Position numbers and translations under genes: made by a program. From the NCBI GenBank assembly GCA_036495265.1, contig DASXND010000003.1, positions 1-40,543 of the forward strand: 40,543 bases of DNA. The letters are read 5' to 3'. The DNA is from Dyella sp. GTDB taxonomy: Bacteria; Pseudomonadota; Gammaproteobacteria; Xanthomonadales; Rhodanobacteraceae. This document shows positions 34,751-40,543 of the stretch, piece after piece (position 1 is the first letter of the stretch; the number at the start of each line of letters is the position of its first letter). Below the pieces are notes generated by a model. That model made no database searches. It had not been told where the DNA came from and saw nothing but the letters and a program-made list of their open reading frames with translations.

Positions 34751-34999
34751 ATGTCGATGATCGCTGAGCAAACGCTGGACTTGGAACGTGTCGCCGCGCC
34801 CGTGGAAACCTTTATTGCCTGCGCCCACCAGATGCTGGACCAGGGCACGCCGGAGGCTGCGCGCAAAGCGATCGAACCTCATCTGCTCGAACTGCTGCCG
34901 GTCCTGCGCGCCTTGGGCGTGTTCGAGCTGTTCGAGCTGCGCGACCCGGCGCTGCGCGCCTGGTTGAGCGACGAGTTGGAGCGGAACCGACACGGCTGA
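34751..34999 (+). CDS. Small hypothetical protein (82 aa)
   Basis: aggaga RBS 5 nt before ATG, high GC3, fills the AraC-MarR gap. Confidence 0.7.
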   Translation: MSMIAEQTLDLERVAAPVETFIACAHQMLDQGTPEAARKAIEPHLLELLPVLRALGVFELFELRDPALRAWLSDELERNRHG

Positions 35000-35039
35000 A
35001 ACCGGGGTGGTAACTGTTGCCTGGACAAAGGCATCCTGA

Positions 35040-35079
35040 AATATATTTGCCTTGACAAATATATTATGGGCAATAGAAT
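35040..35079 (+). promoter_or_regulatory. MarR/EmrR-type operator palindrome overlapping a sigma-70 promoter
   Basis: AATATATTTG-ccttga-CAAATATATT perfect 10-bp inverted repeat (35040-35065) covering TTGACA (35052-35057); TAGAAT at 35074-35079 (16-bp spacer). Confidence 0.8.
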
Positions 35080-35087
35080 GCACGCCA

Positions 35088-35546
35088 ATGAATCCCCCGG
35101 CCCCCTCGCAAGCGACGTCGCAGGAAAGCATCGGCATCCTGATCAGCCTGGTCCGCAGCGAGCTGGTCCGCACGATGGAAGCGGAGCTGCAGGCATCCGG
35201 CGTGGGCCTGCGCTTCACCCAGTTCCTGATACTCAAACGTCTGGCCTTGCTGGGCCCGATGTCGGCCAGTGAGCTGGCCCGCGCAGTGGAGCTGGATGGT
35301 GGTGCGATGACGCGCCAGCTGGACCAGCTGGAGGGCAAGGGTTACCTGCGCCGGGTCCGGCACGAGCAGGACCGTCGCGCCCTGCGTATCGAGCTGACCG
35401 AAGCCGGCGACGTGCTGTGGCGGCAAACCAACATCTGCAATGACATCGTGCTGGAAGCGGCCCAGTCGGCGCTGAATCCGACGGAACGCCAGCAACTTCA
35501 AGACTACCTGGGGCGCGTACTGAAAGCGCTCCGCAACAAGACCTGA
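35088..35546 (+). CDS. emrR: MarR family repressor (EmrR-like)
   Basis: L.FTQF.IL, SELA....D.GAMTR.LDQLE.KGY.RR......DRR...I.LT..G; first gene of the efflux operon. Confidence 0.88.
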   Translation: MNPPAPSQATSQESIGILISLVRSELVRTMEAELQASGVGLRFTQFLILKRLALLGPMSASELARAVELDGGAMTRQLDQLEGKGYLRRVRHEQDRRALRIELTEAGDVLWRQTNICNDIVLEAAQSALNPTERQQLQDYLGRVLKALRNKT

Positions 35547-35577
35547 TTCCCCCGTTTACCTCTTGGAAGCCAAGTCC

Positions 35578-37047
35578 ATGCGTCTGCAATTACTTGCGGC
35601 AGCCACCGGCCTCACCCTCGCCTTGGCGGGTTGCGTCAGCAGCGGTGGCCTGCATCCGGAAGGCTCGTTGACCGATCCCTCTTCCCTCAAGAGTGAGCGC
35701 AGCCTTTCCGGCATCACGCTCTCCCCCGCTGCCTGGCCCGCTGACGACTGGTGGACTGGCCTGGGCGATCCCCAGCTCAGCGCGCTGATCGCCGAAGCCC
35801 TGAAGGACAATCCGAGCCTGACCGTGGCCGATGCCCGTGCCCGCGAGGCACAGGCCCAGGCCGGCGCCGCCGATGCCGAGCGTGGTCCTAGCGTCAATGC
35901 CGGCGCCAATGTGATTGGCCAGCGTCTTCCCACCACGGCGTTCCCGCCAGAACTGGGCGGCGGCCACTTCACCTGGTTCAAGGACGTGCGCGCCAGCTTC
36001 AGCTGGGGTCTCGACCTGTGGGGTGGCAAGCGTGCCGCGTGGGAGGCCGCACTCGGCCAGCAGCGTGCCGCGGAAGTGGAATCGCGTGCCGCGCGCATCC
36101 AGTTGTCCAGCAATGTCGCCCTCGCCTATGTGCAGCTGGGCTACGCGTTTGCGCAGATGGACGTGGCCAAGGATGTGCAGGATCGTGCCAACTCCGTGCA
36201 TCAACTCACCCTGCAGCGTGTCGGTGCCGGCGTCGACAGCCAGTTGCAGCTCAAGCAAAGCGATACCGAAGTCGCCAATGCCGATCAGCAGCTGACGGCC
36301 GCGAACCGCGCCATCAAGGCCGCTCGCTCCTCGCTGTCGGTGCTGTTGGGCAAGGGCCCGGATCGCGGCCTCGACATCACCCGTCCGCAACAGCTCGAAC
36401 CCGCCGCGCTCACCGTGCCTGCGGAGCTACCGGTGGAACTGATGGGTCATCGTGCCGACCTGGTCGCTGCGCGATGGCGCGTCGAGGCGGCTGGCAAGGA
36501 GATCAAGGTCGCCAAGACCGAGTTCCTGCCCGATATCAGCATCAGCGCGATGGCCGGCTTCGTTGCCGCCGGCGGTACCAATGCGCTGCAGATGCCGGCG
36601 CGCTTCTTCACGGTCGGTCCGTCGCTGAGCCTGCCGATCTTCGATGGCGGTCGCCTGCGCGCGAACCTCGCCGGCAAGGACGCCGAGTACGACCTCGCGG
36701 TGGCGCAGTACAACCAGACCCTGGTCACCGCTGTGAACGAAGTGGCCGACGATTACGACGCCGTGCAGTCCGCGCAGCAACAGGTGGCCGAGCAGCAGCG
36801 TGCGGTGGATGCCGCGTCGCAGGCCTGGCAGCTGTCAGAACAGCGCTACAAGGCGGGCGTGGGCAGCTATCTCGAGGCTCTGATCGTGCGCCAGCAGTTG
36901 CTGGTGGCCGAGCAGCAGATGGCCGCACTCAAGTCGCAGCAGGTCGAGTCTTCCGTGCAGCTCATCCAGGCACTCGGCGGCGGCTTCCGCCCCCAGGCTG
37001 GCACAGCCGATGTAGCCGTCCGTCCTTCTTCTGAACCTTCGCTCTAA
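35578..37047 (+). CDS. Efflux outer-membrane factor lipoprotein (NodT/OprM family)
   Basis: Lipobox LAGC, WW..LGDPQL..LI..AL..NP.L, DLWG, R.D..AA, LPIFDGG, RY.AG, ALGGG. Confidence 0.93.
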   Translation: MRLQLLAAATGLTLALAGCVSSGGLHPEGSLTDPSSLKSERSLSGITLSPAAWPADDWWTGLGDPQLSALIAEALKDNPSLTVADARAREAQAQAGAADAERGPSVNAGANVIGQRLPTTAFPPELGGGHFTWFKDVRASFSWGLDLWGGKRAAWEAALGQQRAAEVESRAARIQLSSNVALAYVQLGYAFAQMDVAKDVQDRANSVHQLTLQRVGAGVDSQLQLKQSDTEVANADQQLTAANRAIKAARSSLSVLLGKGPDRGLDITRPQQLEPAALTVPAELPVELMGHRADLVAARWRVEAAGKEIKVAKTEFLPDISISAMAGFVAAGGTNALQMPARFFTVGPSLSLPIFDGGRLRANLAGKDAEYDLAVAQYNQTLVTAVNEVADDYDAVQSAQQQVAEQQRAVDAASQAWQLSEQRYKAGVGSYLEALIVRQQLLVAEQQMAALKSQQVESSVQLIQALGGGFRPQAGTADVAVRPSSEPSL

Positions 37048-37059
37048 GGGCTATCCCCC

Positions 37060-38262
37060 ATGTCTAGCCAATCCCCGCTCGCGGCCGACAACACCGCCCC
37101 CGTACCAGCACCGAACAACCGGCGTGGTTTCCTGTTGCGCCTGCTCGGCGCGATCCTGGTGCTCGCCGCCATTGCCTGGGCGGTGTGGTACTTCATCGAA
37201 GGTCGCTGGTACGAAGGCACCGACGATGCCTACGTCAGCGGCAATATCGTGCAGATCACGCCGCAGGTGCCCGGCTCCGTGGTGACCATCGGTGCCGATG
37301 ACGGCGACCTGGTCCATGCCGGCGACATCCTGGTCAAGCTCGATCCGGCCGATGCCCAGGTGGCGCTGGCCCAGGCCAAGGCCAACCTCGCCAGCACGGT
37401 GCGCAAGGTGCGCGGCCTGTACAGCAATGTGACCGGCGCCCAGGCCGATGTGGCGGCGCGCAAGATTGCCGTCGACAAGGCGCTGGCCGACTACAACCGT
37501 CGCCGTGACCTGGCCAAGACCGGTGCCATTTCGGCGGAAGAACTGTCGCACGCGCAGGACACGCTGACCACGGCGCAGAGCGCGCTTACGGCCGCGCAGC
37601 AACAGTACCAGACCAACAAGGTGCTGGTGGATGACACCGTGGTCGCCTCGCATCCGGACGTCCAGACGGCCGCGGCCAAGTTGCGCGCCGCCTTTCTCGA
37701 CGACGTGCGTACCTCGATCGTGGCACCCGTGGACGGCTACGTTGCCAAGCGCTCGGTGCAGTTGGGCCAGCGCGTGGCGACGGGTGCGCCGCTAATGGCG
37801 GTGGTGCCGCTGCGTGGCGTGTGGATCGACGCCAACTTCAAGGAAACGCAGCTCACCAACATGCGCATCGGCCAGCCCGTGGAAATCCGCTCCGACGTCT
37901 ACGGCGGTGCGGTGACTTACAAGGGCAAGGTCGAGAGCCTGGGCGTAGGCACGGGTAGCGCGTTCGCGCTGCTGCCGGCGCAGAACGCCACCGGCAACTG
38001 GATCAAGATCGTGCAGCGCGTGCCGGTTCGCGTGTACTTCGACGATCCCAAGCAGCTGGAGCAGCATCCGCTGCGCATCGGCCTGTCGACCAAGGTGGAC
38101 GTGAACATGCACGACCAGAGCGGCCCGCTGCTGTCCAAGCAGGCGCCGACGCAACCTGCGTTCAATACCGATGTGTACCAGCAGCAGCTGGCCAAGGCCG
38201 ATGGCCTGATCGCCGAGATCATCCATGCCAACACGGCTGGCGATAGCCACGACAAGCAGTAA
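37060..38262 (+). CDS. emrA: EmrA/EmrK family periplasmic adaptor
   Basis: TDDAYV.GN.V.ITPQV.G, APVDGYVA.RSVQ.GQ, W.DANFKETQL, GTGSAFALLPAQNATGNWIKIVQRVPVR. Confidence 0.95.
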   Translation: MSSQSPLAADNTAPVPAPNNRRGFLLRLLGAILVLAAIAWAVWYFIEGRWYEGTDDAYVSGNIVQITPQVPGSVVTIGADDGDLVHAGDILVKLDPADAQVALAQAKANLASTVRKVRGLYSNVTGAQADVAARKIAVDKALADYNRRRDLAKTGAISAEELSHAQDTLTTAQSALTAAQQQYQTNKVLVDDTVVASHPDVQTAAAKLRAAFLDDVRTSIVAPVDGYVAKRSVQLGQRVATGAPLMAVVPLRGVWIDANFKETQLTNMRIGQPVEIRSDVYGGAVTYKGKVESLGVGTGSAFALLPAQNATGNWIKIVQRVPVRVYFDDPKQLEQHPLRIGLSTKVDVNMHDQSGPLLSKQAPTQPAFNTDVYQQQLAKADGLIAEIIHANTAGDSHDKQ

Positions 38263-38272
38263 ACAGGCAGGC

Positions 38273-38302
38273 GGCGCCGGCTTCGGCTGGCGCCCTTTCT
38301 TC
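38273..38302 (+). terminator. Terminator-like hairpin between emrA and emrB
   Basis: ggcgccggc-ttcg-gctggcgcc followed by ctttcttc. Confidence 0.45.
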
Positions 38303-38321
38303 ACCCAAGGTTATCCGTGCG

Positions 38322-39845
38322 ATGAGTAGTGAATTTCGTCCGCCCAACCTGGCCCTGGCCACGATCGGCCTGTCGTTGGCGACCTTCATGCAGGTGCTCG
38401 ACACGACCATCGCCAATGTGTCGCTGCCGACGATCGCCGGCAACCTCGGCGTCAGCGTCAACCAGAGCACCTGGGTCATTACCTCCTTCGCGGTCAGCAC
38501 CGCCATTGCGCTGCCGTTGACCGGCTTTCTAAACCGTCGCTTCGGCGAGGTGAGGCTGTTCATCTGGTCGACGTTGCTGTTCTCGCTGGCGTCGCTGCTA
38601 TGTGGCCTCGCGCAGAGCATGCCGATGCTGATCCTGTTTCGCGCGATCCAGGGTGCGGTGGCGGGTCCGATGTACCCGATCACGCAGAGCCTGATGATTT
38701 CGATCTATCCACCCGCGAAACGTGGCATGGCGCTCGCGTTGCTGGCGATGGTGACGGTGGTGGCGCCGATCGCCGGACCGATTTTGGGCGGCTGGATCAC
38801 CGACAACTATTCGTGGCCGTGGATCTTCTTCGTCAACGTGCCGATCGGCATTTTCGCCAGCATGGTCGTCAAGAACCAGATGAAGCTACGCGTGGATACC
38901 ACCTCGCGCCCGAAGATGGACTATGTGGGCCTGATCACGCTGATTGTTGGCGTCGGCGCGCTGCAGATCGTGCTGGACAAGGGCAATGACGAGGACTGGT
39001 TCAACTCGTCGTTCATCATCATCACCAGCATCGTTTCGGCCATCGCGCTGGCGATCTTCCTGATCTGGGAACTCACCGACGAGGATCCGATCGTCAACCT
39101 GCGCTTGTTGCGCCATCGCAATTTCCGCATCGGAACGATCGCGCTGGTGCTGGCGTATGCGGCGTTTTTCGCCATCGGTCTGCTGGTGCCGCAGTGGTTG
39201 CAGCGCAACCTGGGCTACACCTCCACCTGGGCCGGCTTCGCCGCGGCCCCGCTGGGCATCCTGCCGGTGATGCTGACCTTCATCGTGGGCAAGTACGCCA
39301 ACCGTACCGACATGCGTCTGCTCGCGTCGTGCGCGTTCCTGGTGATGGGTATCACTTGTTTCCTGCGTTCCGATTTTTTTCTGCAGATCGACTTCAACAC
39401 CGTGGCACTGGTGCAGTTGCTGCAGGGCCTGGGTGTGGCGCTGTTCTTCATGCCGGTGACGACGATTCTGTTGTCGGATCTGAAACCCAACGAAATTCCA
39501 TCGGGTGGCGGCCTGGCAACCTTCCTGCGTACGTTGGGTGCGAGTTTCTCCGCTTCGCTCACCACCTTCCTGTGGGATCGCCGCGCCATCGTGCATCACG
39601 CGCACCTGAGCGAGCACATCACGCCGTACGACTCGTCGCCCCAGGCCGCGCTGCAAGCGGCAGGCGTGAGCGGGCCGGCGGCCAATGCGACGCTTGAGCA
39701 GATGATCACGCAGCAGGCCTCCCAGATCTCGTTCAACGAGGTGTTCCATCTGCTGGGCTGGGTATTCTTCGCCCTGATCGTGGTGATCTGGATGGCGCGG
39801 CCGCCGTTCACCGCGAAGGCCGGGGCGGCCGGTGGTGGGCACTGA
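38322..39845 (+). CDS. emrB: DHA2 family MFS efflux permease
   Basis: FMQVLDTTIANVSLP.IAG, WVITSF, AP..GP.LGGWITDNYSW.WIF..NVP.G, LQI.LDKG...DWF.S; about 14 TM. Confidence 0.95.
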   Translation: MSSEFRPPNLALATIGLSLATFMQVLDTTIANVSLPTIAGNLGVSVNQSTWVITSFAVSTAIALPLTGFLNRRFGEVRLFIWSTLLFSLASLLCGLAQSMPMLILFRAIQGAVAGPMYPITQSLMISIYPPAKRGMALALLAMVTVVAPIAGPILGGWITDNYSWPWIFFVNVPIGIFASMVVKNQMKLRVDTTSRPKMDYVGLITLIVGVGALQIVLDKGNDEDWFNSSFIIITSIVSAIALAIFLIWELTDEDPIVNLRLLRHRNFRIGTIALVLAYAAFFAIGLLVPQWLQRNLGYTSTWAGFAAAPLGILPVMLTFIVGKYANRTDMRLLASCAFLVMGITCFLRSDFFLQIDFNTVALVQLLQGLGVALFFMPVTTILLSDLKPNEIPSGGGLATFLRTLGASFSASLTTFLWDRRAIVHHAHLSEHITPYDSSPQAALQAAGVSGPAANATLEQMITQQASQISFNEVFHLLGWVFFALIVVIWMARPPFTAKAGAAGGGH

Positions 39846-39856
39846 GCCTTGCGACA

Positions 39857-39897
39857 GCATCAACGACAACGGCCCTCAGGGCCGTTGTCGTTGATGC
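39857..39897. terminator. Long perfect hairpin between convergent genes (probable bidirectional terminator)
   Basis: gcatcaacgacaacggccc-tca-gggccgttgtcgttgatgc, 19-bp perfect stem. Confidence 0.7.
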
Positions 39898-39917
39898 GTC
39901 CCAAGCCTGAAGCATCG

Positions 39918-40543
39918 CTAGAGCAAGACGCCGTCCACCGGCTGCAGTGGCTCGGGCAGATCCTGCTCGCCCAGCAAGGCGCCGAGGCTGATCTCGATCG
40001 TGCGGCACATGGCATCCAGGGCAAGATCGTTCGGCAATCGCTCAAACGGGCTTTCGATCTGGTCGCCCAACGCATCCAGGCCGAAAAACGTATAGGCGAG
40101 TACGCCTACCATCAGTGGCGTGGCCCAGCCCACGCTAGCGACCAGGCAGAACGGCAGCAGCAGGCAGTACATGTACACCGTGCGATGCAGCAGCAGGATG
40201 TAGGCGAATGGAATCGGCGTGCCGTGGATGCGCTCGCAACCGCCGAGCACATACGACATCCGCGTCACCTGCGTGTCGATGCTGGCCAGCAGGATGCTGT
40301 CGAGCCGACCTTCGCGGCGCAACCGTGCATAGCTTTCGCCGATCAGGCCCAGCAAGGCATTCGGCGGATTGGGTGACTGCAGTAGCGCGGCGACCTCGGC
40401 CGGCGCCAACCAGCGCGCCAGATCCTGCTCCGGCGCCGAGCCGCGCAACAGGTGGCGCAAGGCATGCGCATAGGCGATCAGTCGGTGCACGCGCAGGCGC
40501 TGCTCGTCATGCGGCAAGCCATCGGGCAGGCTGATGGTCTGGC
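39918..40543 (-). CDS. Bestrophin family (YneE-like) channel, 5' end beyond the right edge
   Basis: GGCERI..TPIPFAY..LLHRTVY.YC..LPF, E.PF....NDL.L.A.CR.IE; the frame stays open to the window end. Confidence 0.92.
   Translation of the reverse strand, partial: QTISLPDGLPHDEQRLRVHRLIAYAHALRHLLRGSAPEQDLARWLAPAEVAALLQSPNPPNALLGLIGESYARLRREGRLDSILLASIDTQVTRMSYVLGGCERIHGTPIPFAYILLLHRTVYMYCLLLPFCLVASVGWATPLMVGVLAYTFFGLDALGDQIESPFERLPNDLALDAMCRTIEISLGALLGEQDLPEPLQPVDGVLL

Overview
GC-rich Gammaproteobacterial chromosome segment. Gene content and order (lppL/lptM-dapF-DUF484-xerC without lysA, rsmG-parA-parB-GT2 without mnmG, algZ-algR-hemC, marR-OMF-emrAB, a PNGase A homolog) suggest Xanthomonadales, probably Rhodanobacteraceae (Dyella/Rhodanobacter-like); the taxon is inferred. 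About 39 CDS tile the window with two edge-truncated genes (xerC at left, a bestrophin at right). Three families of short palindromic REP/MITE-like repeats occur between genes. I see no rRNA, tRNA, CRISPR array, transposase, prophage or recognisable defence system, so this is mostly core genome. The best candidates for something undescribed are: (1) a sigma-54 promoter, 15-bp hairpin and twin IHF sites upstream of a coiled-coil-less SPFH gene; (2) an LptM/LppL-type lipoprotein with an extra domain resembling a potato-I/I78 protease inhibitor; (3) a TonB with an extra helical domain next to a paralog holding only that domain, behind Clp/CRP-like sites and a PNGase; (4) a gamma-carbonic anhydrase gene bracketed cassette-like by duplicated REPINs and ~43-bp inverted arms; (5) an orphan, degenerate DmsC-like anchor divergent from a WYL regulator; (6) a RimK-type ATP-grasp/GNAT pair. 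All calls are from motif recognition by eye; no database searches were run.
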